A stretch of 64,000 nt of DNA from Thermodesulfobacteriota bacterium (GTDB lineage: Bacteria > Desulfobacterota > Desulfarculia > JACQYL01): contig CAXXLZ010000002.1 in assembly GCA_963675595.2 (NCBI GenBank), forward strand, positions 4,128,001 to 4,192,000. The letters run 5' to 3'. Of the stretch, positions 18,676 to 29,726 are shown piece by piece. A program made the position numbers and the translations under genes. The notes under the pieces were generated by a model. It did no database searches. It saw nothing but the letters and a program-made list of their open reading frames with translations, and had not been told where the DNA came from. Position 1 is the first letter of the stretch, and each line of letters starts with the position of its first letter.

Positions 18676-19899
18676 ATGAACCCATTGGATATTTTTCAGG
18701 AACGCGGTTTCGTGGAACAGGTCACGGACGCGGAGCTTGTGGCGAATCTCTTCAAGGAACAGGTCACCGCGTACATCGGGTTTGATCCCACCGCCAGCAG
18801 CCTGCATGTGGGGAGCCTGGTGCCCATCATGAGCCTGGCCCATCTCCAGCGAAACGGGCATCGACCCATTGCCCTGGTGGGCGGCGGAACGGCCATGGTG
18901 GGGGACCCCAGCGGCAAGACCGAGATGCGCCAGATGCTCACCAAGGAGACCATTCGGGAGAACGCGGAGGGCCTCAAGCGGCAGCTTTCCCGGTACATCG
19001 ACTTCTCGGAGGGCGGCGCGCTTCTCGTGAACAACGCGGACTGGCTCGAGGACTTGAAATACATCGATTTCCTGCGGGACATCGGCAAACACTTCAGCGT
19101 CAACCGCATGCTTGCAGCGGAGAGCTATCGCATACGCCTCGAAACGGGCTTGAGCTTCATCGAGTTCAATTACATGCTGCTTCAGGCCTACGACTTTCTG
19201 ATCCTCCACCGGAGAACCGGGTGCAAGCTGCAAATGGGCGGGAACGATCAGTGGGGCAACATCCTGGCCGGCACGGAGCTGATCCGCAGGATGGACGGTG
19301 AGGACGCCCATGGGTTGACCTTCCCCCTCATCACCACCGCCTCCGGGGAGAAGATGGGCAAGACCCACAAAGGCGCGGTGTGGCTGGACAAGGAACGCAC
19401 CTCTCCCTACGACTATTACCAGTATTGGATCAACACGGACGATCGGGACGTGGAACGCTTCCTAAGGCTGTTCACCTTCCTGCCCATGGACGAAGTGCGA
19501 CGGTACGGGGCCTTGCAGGGAGAGGAGCTGAGGGAGGCCAAACAGGTGCTGGCCTTCGAAGCCACTCGAATCACCCACGGGGACGAGGAGGCTCAAAAGG
19601 CGCGCGACGCCGCCAAGAGCGCCTTCGGAGTTGGAGACGGCACCGCGGAGGGCATCCCGGAAACCGTGGTGGAGCGCGGTCGCATCGAACAGGGCATCGA
19701 CGCCTTCGTGCTTTTCGAAGAAGTGGGATTGTGCGATTCCAGGGGTGCGGCCCGACGGCTCATCAGTCAGGGCGGCGGGTACGTGAACCAGCGCCGTCTG
19801 GAATCCTTCGACGAGTCCATCACCCTGACCGACGTGCAGGACGGCATGATTCTGCTCAAAGCCGGCAAGAAGAAAATACACCGGGTCCGCGTGGCATAA
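18676..19899 (+). CDS. tyrS: Tyrosine--tRNA ligase
   Basis: YIGFDPTASSLHVGS (HIGH), QMGGNDQWGNI, KMGKT (KMSKS), C-terminal S4 domain. Confidence 0.98.
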   Translation: MNPLDIFQERGFVEQVTDAELVANLFKEQVTAYIGFDPTASSLHVGSLVPIMSLAHLQRNGHRPIALVGGGTAMVGDPSGKTEMRQMLTKETIRENAEGLKRQLSRYIDFSEGGALLVNNADWLEDLKYIDFLRDIGKHFSVNRMLAAESYRIRLETGLSFIEFNYMLLQAYDFLILHRRTGCKLQMGGNDQWGNILAGTELIRRMDGEDAHGLTFPLITTASGEKMGKTHKGAVWLDKERTSPYDYYQYWINTDDRDVERFLRLFTFLPMDEVRRYGALQGEELREAKQVLAFEATRITHGDEEAQKARDAAKSAFGVGDGTAEGIPETVVERGRIEQGIDAFVLFEEVGLCDSRGAARRLISQGGGYVNQRRLESFDESITLTDVQDGMILLKAGKKKIHRVRVA

Positions 19900-19911
19900 G
19901 CTTGAGGATTT

Positions 19912-20000
19912 GCGGGGAAAAACTTTCGAGAAAGTTTTTCCCCGCACCCCTTTTCAAAGCGTTCCAAGTGATCCTCGCCGCCTTCGGCGGAGAGGATCAC
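19912..20000 (+). repeat. REP-like family A copy
   Basis: gcggggaaaaactttcgagaaagtttttcccgcacccCTtttcaaag...cgccgccttcggcggagagg. Confidence 0.7.
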
Positions 20001-20256
20001 GGCGGGAATGAATATCGTGACCGGCAACCTGTGTTTAGAGAGTGCCGAACCCCGATTGCGAAGCGTAACCGAGCAACCCGCTTAAAAAGTTTAGGAAGCA
20101 ACTGTGTTCTTTGTCAACTGAGTTGTTTGTCACTGATTCCTATGAAGCTGTAACACGGCGCTTGCTAGGCGCGGCACGCGTGGGGCTGCCGCGCGCAAGC
20201 ACCGCGCCACAGCAGACCACGGCAGCATCGGTTAACCGATGTGATACATAAACCGG

Positions 20257-21420
<1,164 letters not shown>

Positions 21421-21514
21421 CTAAATATACAAGGGGTCCGGGAAACCTTTTTCAAAAGTTTCCCCGGCCTGTTATTTCTGTTTTTTCGATAGGCTTACTT
21501 TTACTTCTTCCTCC

Positions 21515-21979
21515 ATGGAAATTGTACTCTACCAGCCCGAAATCCCGCCCAACACGGGGAACGTAGCCCGACTGTGCGCGGCCACGGATACGCCGCTGCA
21601 TTTGATACGACCTTTGGGATTCAGTCTGGAGGATCGATACCTGCGCCGGGCCGGGCTGGACTATTGGCCTCATGTGAACCTGCAAGTGTGGGACGGCTAC
21701 GAGGAGTTCGTCCGAGCCAGGGGCGGCGCCCGCATGGTGTATACTTCGGCCCGTCAGGGGAGGCTTGTTTTCGACTTTTCGTTCCGTGAGGGAGACTGCC
21801 TGGTTTTCGGTCCTGAAACCCGGGGATGCCCCAAGGAACTGCTGGACGCGGACGAGGCCCACGTGGTCCGTATTCCCATCGGCCACAAGGTGCGCAGCCT
21901 CAACATGGCTACCGCGGCCGGTATCGTGCTGTTCGAAGCCCTCAGACAGACCCGCTATTCCGAACCTTCCCGCATTTGA
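21515..21979 (+). CDS. trmL: tRNA (cytidine(34)-2'-O)-methyltransferase
   Basis: LYQPEIPPNTGNVAR, LRRAGLDYW, FGPETRG, VRSLN. Confidence 0.95.
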   Translation: MEIVLYQPEIPPNTGNVARLCAATDTPLHLIRPLGFSLEDRYLRRAGLDYWPHVNLQVWDGYEEFVRARGGARMVYTSARQGRLVFDFSFREGDCLVFGPETRGCPKELLDADEAHVVRIPIGHKVRSLNMATAAGIVLFEALRQTRYSEPSRI

Positions 21980-22191
21980 GCCCCAAGCCGACTCAGAACA
22001 TGTAAGCCGTGACGCCCTCGTCGAGAGCTCCGGTCATTACATGCCCGCCAACCTGTCCTCAGAGAACGCCGAACTTCCCTTGGGAAGCGCAACGCGGCAG
22101 ACCGCTTGCACCTACTCACGGGGTCAATACAACTTGGCTGTACGCATTGTCACCGCTTGCTTTTTGCCGGCTTGGCAATCCACTCACCGCA

Positions 22192-22290
22192 CGGAGCCTC
22201 TCCGCCGGAGGCGGTGAGGCCTGCTTAGAGTTTTTTGAAGGGGGGTTCCGGGGGGGAACTTTTTTAAAAGTTCTCCCCCGTGAATGCATA
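22192..22290 (-). repeat. REP-like family A copy
   Basis: ggagcctctccgccggaggcggtgaggcc...ggggggaactttttaaaagttctccccc. Confidence 0.75.
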
Positions 22291-22326
22291 CGAGCATTTT
22301 GCCCCGGGGGCTTGCTACGGCATGCC

Positions 22327-23028
22327 TCAGAAGGCGTCCGCCGGCGCATGAAACATGTAGCCCACGCCCGGCACGGTGAGGATGCAGCGGGGGGTCTCCG
22401 GGGATTTCTCGATCTTGGTCCGAAGGTTGCGGATGTGCATGTCGATGGTTCGGCTCCACTCATAGAGTTTCGCTTCCGGCCACACCGCCTTCTTGATTTG
22501 CGCCCGGTCCAACACTCTGCCTTCATGGCGGGCGAGGAGGGTGAGCAGGTCGAACTCCTTGCGGGTCAGGGGGACCTTGCGTGCGCCTACAACGGCGCTG
22601 CGTGTGTCGGGATCAATGGAGAGGGCGCCGAAAACCAGGGTTTCTCTGAGGGGAAACGAGGCTTTGCCTCTCCGCAGACAGGCGTTCACCCTGGCGGCCA
22701 GTTCAAGGTAATCGAAAGGTTTCACCACGTAGTCGTCCGCGCCGCTTTCCAGGCCCAACACCTTGTCCGTCACCCGGTCTTTGGCCGTGAGCATGACGAT
22801 GGGCACCTCCGAGGTCTTGCGGATGACTCGGCAGACCTGGATCCCGTCCACGTCCGGGAGCATGACGTCCAGGATGACCAAATCCGGTTTCTCCCCGGAA
22901 GCAAGCTCCAACCCGGCTTTTCCGGAATCGGCGGTGAGCACGCGGTAGCCGTCCAGTTCCAGGTTGTCTCGCAGGATGGCGAGAATGTCCGGATCGTCAT
23001 CCACGACCAGGATTTTCGCGTTGGGCAT
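22327..23028 (-). CDS. OmpR/PhoB family response regulator
   Basis: ILVVDDD, ILDVMLP, GADDYVVKPF, LTRKEFDLL, RTIDMHIRNLRTKIE. Confidence 0.95.
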   Translation of the reverse strand: MPNAKILVVDDDPDILAILRDNLELDGYRVLTADSGKAGLELASGEKPDLVILDVMLPDVDGIQVCRVIRKTSEVPIVMLTAKDRVTDKVLGLESGADDYVVKPFDYLELAARVNACLRRGKASFPLRETLVFGALSIDPDTRSAVVGARKVPLTRKEFDLLTLLARHEGRVLDRAQIKKAVWPEAKLYEWSRTIDMHIRNLRTKIEKSPETPRCILTVPGVGYMFHAPADAF

Positions 23029-24652
23029 CATCCGACTCCAGGGGAAGGGTGAAGATGAAAAGAGACCCCGAACCGGGTTTGCTTTCCAGTCGGATCGAAC
23101 CTCCATGGGCCTCAACCAAACCTTTGCAGATGGCCAGGCCGATTCCATGGGAAGCCCGGAGTCCGGATGCCGGTTTCCCTTGTTGCGGCCCCTGCCGGTA
23201 CTTCTCGAACACGGCCTCGTGATATTCTTCCGGGATTCCGGGTCCCGAGTCCCGCACCGAAACCTCCACATATCCGTCGGCTTGTGCGATGGATATGCGA
23301 ACCGTCCCGCCCGCGGGAGAAAATTTCAGGGCGTTGGAAACCAGATTGCTGAGCACCTGGAATATTCGTTTTTCGTCAAATGACAAAATCAGCAGGTCGG
23401 GTGCTTCGATCTCCAGGGACACGCTTCGGGCCTGCGCCTCGGCGGTTTGCGATTCCACCACTTCCCGGGCGATGGTGGAGATGGAGGCCGGCTTCAGGTC
23501 CAACTCGAGATGGCCGGTTTCGAGCCTGGAGTAGTCCAGCAGGTCCACCACGGTTTTGATGAGAAACTCCGTGTTTTTCTTGATAATGCGCAAGTACGTC
23601 GGGTCGTTGCAGGTTCCCTTGCGTTCCAGCGTGTCGGCCGCCCCTTTGATGGAAGTCAGCGGAGTCCGCAACTCATGGGAGATGTCCGTAAAGAATTCCC
23701 GGCCGGCCCGGTTGAGCATGGAAAGCCGTTGGTTGGCTTCCGTGAGTTTGGTGTTGGTTTCCGACAGGTCTCGGGTGGCCTCGTTGATTTTCCCCTCTAG
23801 TTCCCGATTCTGGTCCCTGAGCCTTTGATTGAGTTCCTGAAGGCGCTCCGCCACTTCTCCGAGTTCGTCGGTGCCGGTGGAGTTCGGGCGATCGGGAGGC
23901 AGCGCATCCGTGAGCTGCTGGAGATTCCGTATTCTCTTGAACACCAGGGCCCTGGCGGACAGGAAGAGCACGCCGATAACGGAGCCGGCCAAGGCGAGCA
24001 GTGAGAAGACCAGGAGATAGGTGTTGCGACGGATGGCCTCTCGCGCTCGGTCCATGGGCACGTTGACGCTGATGCAACCTCCTATGTCGCCGGGTTCCAG
24101 ATTGCGGGAGTCATGGCACGACAGGCAACTGGGTTGTACGACCAAAGGGGCCGCGTACCTGAAGACGGTTTGCCCGTCCACGACCTGGATGCGGTCGACT
24201 CCGGTGAGGTCCCCGCTCCGGAAACGAGCCAGCGCCTCCGATTCGAACTCGTCCGGTTTGTTCTTCGGGTTGAGGCAATCGGTGTTGGTGAGGTTGAAAG
24301 AGTAAAGTCCGCTCTCGGCCGCATAGCGGCTTAGTTCTCTCGTCAGCATGGAGGGGGTGATCACTGCGTAAGCGTTGCCCATATTGTCCGTTACCTGGGG
24401 GTGGACCTGTAAGAAATCGGACTCCATGCCGGGGTGTTTGCGTACCAGAATATGGTTGTGATCCGAGACCCATCTTCTGGTGAGTACGATCTGCTCGTGA
24501 AGAATCACGGCCTGTTTTTTGACCTGTTCGAGAATGTATCCCCGTTCGAGTTCGGCTAGGGCGCAGAACAACAAGCCGAACATGAGCAGTATGATGCCGG
24601 ATGTGACAAGGAAGTATTTGAGAGAAATACGGCGTCGAATGAAACTCAGCAT
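22997..24652 (-). CDS. Sensor histidine kinase with a periplasmic c-type heme (DUF3365-like) domain
   Basis: Two TM segments; FRYAAPLVVQPSCLSCH; H-box ISHELRTPL; N, G1 and G2 boxes. Confidence 0.9.
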   Translation of the reverse strand: MLSFIRRRISLKYFLVTSGIILLMFGLLFCALAELERGYILEQVKKQAVILHEQIVLTRRWVSDHNHILVRKHPGMESDFLQVHPQVTDNMGNAYAVITPSMLTRELSRYAAESGLYSFNLTNTDCLNPKNKPDEFESEALARFRSGDLTGVDRIQVVDGQTVFRYAAPLVVQPSCLSCHDSRNLEPGDIGGCISVNVPMDRAREAIRRNTYLLVFSLLALAGSVIGVLFLSARALVFKRIRNLQQLTDALPPDRPNSTGTDELGEVAERLQELNQRLRDQNRELEGKINEATRDLSETNTKLTEANQRLSMLNRAGREFFTDISHELRTPLTSIKGAADTLERKGTCNDPTYLRIIKKNTEFLIKTVVDLLDYSRLETGHLELDLKPASISTIAREVVESQTAEAQARSVSLEIEAPDLLILSFDEKRIFQVLSNLVSNALKFSPAGGTVRISIAQADGYVEVSVRDSGPGIPEEYHEAVFEKYRQGPQQGKPASGLRASHGIGLAICKGLVEAHGGSIRLESKPGSGSLFIFTLPLESDDAQRENPGRG

Positions 24653-24781
24653 GGGAATCTTTCTCGGCACGGGTCCCGTGCAGGTCGAGAAGTTCGAAGT
24701 GAGTTTGGTGGTACGTTGCCGGGGGAGGTCGTCAATGCGTGCCTAACATCTTTTTACCTCAAAAGATGCGGGATCTGCAAA

Positions 24782-24836
24782 TTTACAATTCCTTTACCGC
24801 CTTTTACCTCCGATTTACCCGACCCTACCGTATACT
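24782..24836 (+). promoter_or_regulatory. Five helically phased TTTAC(C) direct repeats followed by a TATACT -10 box
   Basis: Repeats start at 24782, 24793, 24803, 24814 and 24824 (last is CCTAC); TATACT at 24831-24836. Confidence 0.7.
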
Positions 24837-24911
24837 ATTTTCATGTAACGGATATCAGGTCCTCCGGAACTCGTAACCCTTGGAGTCCGCCGTAAACGGG
24901 AAGGGGGTATT

Positions 24912-25463
24912 ATGAGGCCTTCTATGAAGGTGGCCCTTTATATTTGCATCGGAATTCTCATCGCCTTTCCGCTCTTCAGCCTCGCCTATTCCACCATGGT
25001 ACGCACTTCATCTCCTCAATTCTGCGTGCTGTGCCACGAGATTCGACCCGCCTACAACAGTTGGAAGACTTCGACGCATGTGAACAACCCCCAGGGGTTC
25101 GTGGCCCAGTGCATGGACTGCCACCTGCCCGCTCCTCACGACACGGTGGATTTCTTCTATGCCAAGACCATGCACGGCATCAAAGACATCTTCATGCACT
25201 TCACCATGGATGAATACGACCGGGACAAGAACCGGGGCGTGGCCTACGCTTCCATTAAAAACGACCAGTGCCTGAAGTGCCATCGCAACCTGCTGTACAT
25301 TCCGAACAAACGGGGCGCCATGCTGGCTCACAGGTCGGTGATGTATCCCAGGCCGGGATATGAAAAACGCTGTCTCGACTGCCACAAGAACTTGGTGCAC
25401 ACGCCCAGGGACTTCTACAACTACAAGCAGTATGGGTTGGAATACGCCGCGACCGGATTGTGA
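24912..25463 (+). CDS. NapC/NirT family tetraheme quinol dehydrogenase
   Basis: N-terminal TM segment; TSSPQFCVLCH, CMDCH, CLKCH, CLDCH. Confidence 0.92.
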   Translation: MRPSMKVALYICIGILIAFPLFSLAYSTMVRTSSPQFCVLCHEIRPAYNSWKTSTHVNNPQGFVAQCMDCHLPAPHDTVDFFYAKTMHGIKDIFMHFTMDEYDRDKNRGVAYASIKNDQCLKCHRNLLYIPNKRGAMLAHRSVMYPRPGYEKRCLDCHKNLVHTPRDFYNYKQYGLEYAATGL

Positions 25464-25509
25464 GGTTTCGGCCTCAAAGAATTTTCAGGTTTTCGAGAGG
25501 AGGCGCAGC

Positions 25510-26916
25510 ATGAAAAGACGAACAATGGTCATGTGGTGGGCCGTGGTGCTGATCGCGGCGGCGTTTTGGGTCGCAAGTCCGCTGAATGCGACGGCTCAAC
25601 AGGCGACCAACCAACCCAAAGTCAAGGAATTCAGAATCGAGCGCGGTATGCCCGAGGAGGCCGTGGCGTGTATCGCCTGCCATAAGCAGGAGCATCCGGG
25701 CCTTTTCACCGACTGGTCCATGAGCCGACACGCGTCTGCCGGCATCACCTGTTATGACTGCCACAGAGCGGAATCCTTCGATCCCGATGTGAGCACGGAA
25801 CACTACAAGCAGTATGAGCGCTCGGACATGCCCTACGGCACACAGAAATACAAGGTGGCGGTAGCCGGCGTGGTGACGCCCAAGGACTGTTCCCGCTGCC
25901 ATCCGGATGAAGCTATACAGTACGCCCGCAGCAAGCACGCCAACACCTTGGAGGTCATCTGGCAGATCGACCCCTGGTTGAATAAAGGAATGAACAGCGA
26001 TTTCGAGCGGGCGTCGGGGTGCTATTACTGCCACGGCACCATTATCAAGATGGAGGGCGGGAAGATGGACCCGGCGACCTGGCCCAATGTGGGGGTGGGC
26101 CGGGTGAATCCGGACGGGAGTCGGGGGAGCTGTACGAGCTGTCACACCCGCCATCGGTTCTCGGTCATGGAAGCGAGAAAACCCGAGGCATGCGGTCAGT
26201 GCCACCTGGGACCGGACCATCCACAGATCGAAATCTACATGGAGTCCAAGCACGGGGACATCTACACGGCCCACGGCGATGAATACAACTGGAACGCCGC
26301 GCCGGGCACCTGGACCGCCGGGGTGGATTTCCGAGGACCCACCTGCGCGTCCTGCCATATGTCGGGGACCGGCAATGTGTTCACTTCCCACGACGTTACG
26401 GAACGGCTCGCCTGGGAGCTTCAGGCGCCTCTCACCGTCCGACCTTCCGATTTCAAGCCGTTTCCCGCCAAGACCAATTTCAAGGTGGAGCGGGATAAGA
26501 TGAAGGAAGTGTGCAAACAGTGCCACGGCAAGTCCTGGACGGACTCCCATTTCGCGCGGCTCGACAAGGTGGTCGAGGAATACAATGAAGTCTATTTCAA
26601 ACCGGCCAAGACCTTGTTTGATCAATTGTACGAAAAAGGCCTTCTGGATAAGACCAAGTTTTTCGACGAGAAACCCGAAGTGGAGTTCTATGAGCTCTGG
26701 CATCACGAGGGTCGAAGAGCCCGCATGGGGACCGCCATGATGGCTCCGGACTATACCTGGTGGCACGGGTTCTACGAGTGCAAGAAGCGGTTCGTGGATT
26801 TCACGGAAATGGCGCACGATATGATCGATAAAAATGAAAAGGCCTACGTGGCCAAAGACTTCCCCAATGCCACGGGCGACACCACCCGGCCGCCGGAAAC
26901 CATGCCCCGGAAGTAA
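25510..26916 (+). CDS. Octaheme hydroxylamine-oxidoreductase-family cytochrome c
   Basis: Signal peptide; 8 CxxCH motifs; ARKPEACGQCHLGPDHPQIEIY, WHHEGRRARMG, MAPDYTWWHG. Confidence 0.9.
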   Translation: MKRRTMVMWWAVVLIAAAFWVASPLNATAQQATNQPKVKEFRIERGMPEEAVACIACHKQEHPGLFTDWSMSRHASAGITCYDCHRAESFDPDVSTEHYKQYERSDMPYGTQKYKVAVAGVVTPKDCSRCHPDEAIQYARSKHANTLEVIWQIDPWLNKGMNSDFERASGCYYCHGTIIKMEGGKMDPATWPNVGVGRVNPDGSRGSCTSCHTRHRFSVMEARKPEACGQCHLGPDHPQIEIYMESKHGDIYTAHGDEYNWNAAPGTWTAGVDFRGPTCASCHMSGTGNVFTSHDVTERLAWELQAPLTVRPSDFKPFPAKTNFKVERDKMKEVCKQCHGKSWTDSHFARLDKVVEEYNEVYFKPAKTLFDQLYEKGLLDKTKFFDEKPEVEFYELWHHEGRRARMGTAMMAPDYTWWHGFYECKKRFVDFTEMAHDMIDKNEKAYVAKDFPNATGDTTRPPETMPRK

Positions 26917-26951
26917 AGGACCGATCGGCAAGACGGTCTTTCCTCCCAGCC

Positions 26952-26986
26952 TCCCGCCCCCGTTCCACGAGGGCGGGATTTTTTTC
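26952..26986 (+). terminator. Rho-independent terminator
   Basis: tcccgccc...gggcggga followed by a T run. Confidence 0.75.
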
Positions 26987-27024
26987 GTTCGCGGGAGCAC
27001 TTTTTAAATGAAGTTCGCCCGTGT

Positions 27025-28998
27025 ATGATCGGTTCCATGGTCTTGAATCGAAGAGGTTTGTCACGGGTGAGGATTTGGGGCGGAATCCCGCTTTGGATCA
27101 TGGTCGCGGTTTGGCTGCTTTCGAGCTGCCGGAGCGTTGCGGGAGCGGAACCTCGAGATAATGAGTGCCTGTCCTGCCACGCCGGCATCGAGACCATCAG
27201 TGATCACCACCGCTTTCCCTGCGTGGATTGTCACGGAGGAAACCCGGCAAGCCTCACGACCGAAGAAGCGCACCGAGGGCTCGTTCTCAACCCCTCCGCC
27301 CTGGACCATGCTCCATCCAAGTGCGGCGCCTGCCACCACGATGAGGTTGCCTGCGTATCACGGTCCCTGATGGCCACGGCCGCGGGACTCATCAACCAGA
27401 CGCGGGCGGCTTTTGGAAATCAGGACCTCGGGGAGGTTCGGTACGCCGTGACTCCGGTGGACGTTCTAAAGCGGCTGCCCGAGCCGACCGAGGAGACTCT
27501 GGTGGACGACCTGCTGCGGCGCAGGTGTCTGAGGTGCCACTTGCGGATTCCCGGCGTTTCACGAAGAGGGGATCATCACGCCGAGGGATGCGCCGCGTGC
27601 CATGTGCTTTATGCGGACGACGGTCTGCCTCGAACCGGCGATCAGGCGATCCGAGACGCGGTCAAAGCGCGTGCCGGCCAAAGCAGAGCCTACCCGGTGG
27701 CGCATCGGTTCACCACCCGAATTCCCACGAAACAGTGCGCCCATTGCCACAACGGCAACCGGGTGGGCGCTGATTACATGGGAATGTTCGAACGGGATCA
27801 TCATCAGGCCTACCGGTTCCTGTCGCCGGACGGAGAAAGCTTTGTCCCGCTGTACGGATTGGATCATCATCGACTGTTACCGGACGTTCACTTCGAACGG
27901 GGCCTTCACTGCATCGACTGCCACGTTCAGTCGGAACTCATGGGGGACGGTCGGTTGCACGGATTCTCGCATCAGGCATTGAAGGTCACGTGCAGGGATT
28001 GCCATGGAACGCCGGCGACCGCTCCGACGGCGGTGGAGGTCGTCTCCTCGGATCGGCGCGTGCTCGCGCCGGCCCGCTTGAATCCTCTGGTCAACCTGGA
28101 ACCCGGAGACCGGGTGATCCAAACCTCAAGCGGTGAGCGGTTGCCCAACGTTCGACGGTTGGCGGGAGACGTGGTGCTCACTTCCAAGGTGACGGGTAAG
28201 AACCATCGGGTTCCCGTCCTGCACGGGCTTACCGAACAGCCGGTGGATCATCGGATTCCGGAACACATTTCGAACATGACCTGCCATTCGTGCCATGCGG
28301 CCTGGTCGTTCCAGGACTACGGGCTTCATTTGTTTCGGGAAGACGTGCCCCGTTACGAGAAATGGCGTCCGCTTTGGGCTCAAAACGATCCTCAGGTACA
28401 GAAACTTCTGGCGGAGAATCTGGTGTTGGAACCGGAACAGCGGGTCGTTCCGCGAAGTCGGGACTATCTTAGCGGTGAAATTCGCACGGGGGTCTGGTTT
28501 TCAGGGTGGAGCCTCCGACGATGGGCGGGCAACGTGCTGGGTCGCGGCATGGACGGAATGGTCCGGGTGTTTCGACCTTATTACCAGTACGTGGTGACCT
28601 GGGTGGACCGGCTGGGAGTGGTTCGTTGGGACGGGCGCATTCCCGAGACGCGGGGCGGCCGGCCGGGACTCATCATGAATCCCTACGCTCCTCATACCAT
28701 CCGTAAACAAGTGGTTCGCTGTGAGGGTTGTCACCTGAATCCGAAGGCGGCGGGATTGGGAAACCTGGAATTCGTCGAGCGGGACGGGCGCATGATCGCC
28801 GTGCCCCTCGAGTCCGCCGCCGAAAATGGTTTGGACGTGGATTTTCCTCTGTGCCGTATGGTGGATTTGGATGGAGAACCGCTGCAGGCGTCCACGCTTC
28901 CCGGAGCCCGACCGTTCAACCGAAGCGAGATTCGGAGTCTGTTGGTTGCTTCCAAAACCTACCAACGGACTCGTCTGGAGGACTTGGCGGACCGTTGA
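27025..28998 (+). CDS. Decaheme c-type cytochrome (possible lipoprotein)
   Basis: 10 CxxCH motifs (CLSCH, CVDCH, CGACH, CLRCH, CAACH, CAHCH, CIDCH, CRDCH, CHSCH, CEGCH); LSSC lipobox-like. Confidence 0.88.
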   Translation: MIGSMVLNRRGLSRVRIWGGIPLWIMVAVWLLSSCRSVAGAEPRDNECLSCHAGIETISDHHRFPCVDCHGGNPASLTTEEAHRGLVLNPSALDHAPSKCGACHHDEVACVSRSLMATAAGLINQTRAAFGNQDLGEVRYAVTPVDVLKRLPEPTEETLVDDLLRRRCLRCHLRIPGVSRRGDHHAEGCAACHVLYADDGLPRTGDQAIRDAVKARAGQSRAYPVAHRFTTRIPTKQCAHCHNGNRVGADYMGMFERDHHQAYRFLSPDGESFVPLYGLDHHRLLPDVHFERGLHCIDCHVQSELMGDGRLHGFSHQALKVTCRDCHGTPATAPTAVEVVSSDRRVLAPARLNPLVNLEPGDRVIQTSSGERLPNVRRLAGDVVLTSKVTGKNHRVPVLHGLTEQPVDHRIPEHISNMTCHSCHAAWSFQDYGLHLFREDVPRYEKWRPLWAQNDPQVQKLLAENLVLEPEQRVVPRSRDYLSGEIRTGVWFSGWSLRRWAGNVLGRGMDGMVRVFRPYYQYVVTWVDRLGVVRWDGRIPETRGGRPGLIMNPYAPHTIRKQVVRCEGCHLNPKAAGLGNLEFVERDGRMIAVPLESAAENGLDVDFPLCRMVDLDGEPLQASTLPGARPFNRSEIRSLLVASKTYQRTRLEDLADR

Positions 28999-29070
28999 AA
29001 GACGCGATCCGCGGCGTTGCGCTTCATCCTTTTCCAACGACCTGGAATGCCCCGGCATTTTCAGCGGGCG
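28991..29070 (+). repeat. Repeat family B copy, supplies the decaheme gene stop codon
   Basis: accgttgaaagacgcgatccgcggcgttgcgcttcatcc. Confidence 0.65.
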
Positions 29071-29071
29071 G

Positions 29072-29515
29072 TCAGGTAGTGTAACCCCAAACGGTCAGTC
29101 CGATGAAAAGGGCCGCGAGGGCGAGAAACACCCAGGTCTCCGGCGTTGAACGATTCTTTGCCGCATGGGCGGATTCCGGACGTTGCCGGCGCGGGAAAGG
29201 GAGCAGGAAGAGACACAGGATTGCGAATAAAGGAAGGATAAGGCCGCCCCATTGCACGGGAAGCACTTTGAGGAGTTGCTGCAGGGCCACGAAGAACCAG
29301 GGGGCGGGGACCTCACCCGCGGCGGGAGGTGCGGCCTCGAAAGGTGCGTCCACAAAAAGGCAGACGGCGAGCAGGGTGCAAAGGAGGATCAAAGCGCAAC
29401 GAAGCTCCTTGAAGAGCAGGGCCTGCCCGTTGGATTCCGGTGTTTCCGGCGCTTCCGGGAGAGGGCCCTCGGAGGGGCCGTCCGCAAGTTGAAGGTTGTC
29501 TGAGTTTTCGGGCAA
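29072..29515 (-). CDS. Cytochrome b6f subunit IV-like membrane protein
   Basis: LFKEL...TM...DAPF...VPAPWFFVALQQLL (PEWY-equivalent), followed by two more TM segments. Confidence 0.7.
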   Translation of the reverse strand: MPENSDNLQLADGPSEGPLPEAPETPESNGQALLFKELRCALILLCTLLAVCLFVDAPFEAAPPAAGEVPAPWFFVALQQLLKVLPVQWGGLILPLFAILCLFLLPFPRRQRPESAHAAKNRSTPETWVFLALAALFIGLTVWGYTT

Positions 29516-29669
29516 GACCGGTATGCTTCCTTATAAAGGTTGATCGGCGGAACAGGGAAGCCGCTGCGCTCTTGAAAGCGGGCAAGGACCGCTTTCGGAA
29601 AGCCGGGCGATCCGTGGATGGGCGAAGAGCTCGTCGTTCTTCGCCCGGATGCCTAAGGGAGTATCTTCA

Positions 29670-29722
29670 GCAGCCCGTGGGAAAAGGCCGGTTGCCGCAG
29701 ATCGCGTTTTTCAACAGCCTGT
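29670..29722 (-). repeat. Repeat family B short copy
   Basis: Minus strand caggctgttgaaaaacgcgatctgcggcaaccggccttttcc. Confidence 0.6.
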
Positions 29723-29726
29723 TGGA

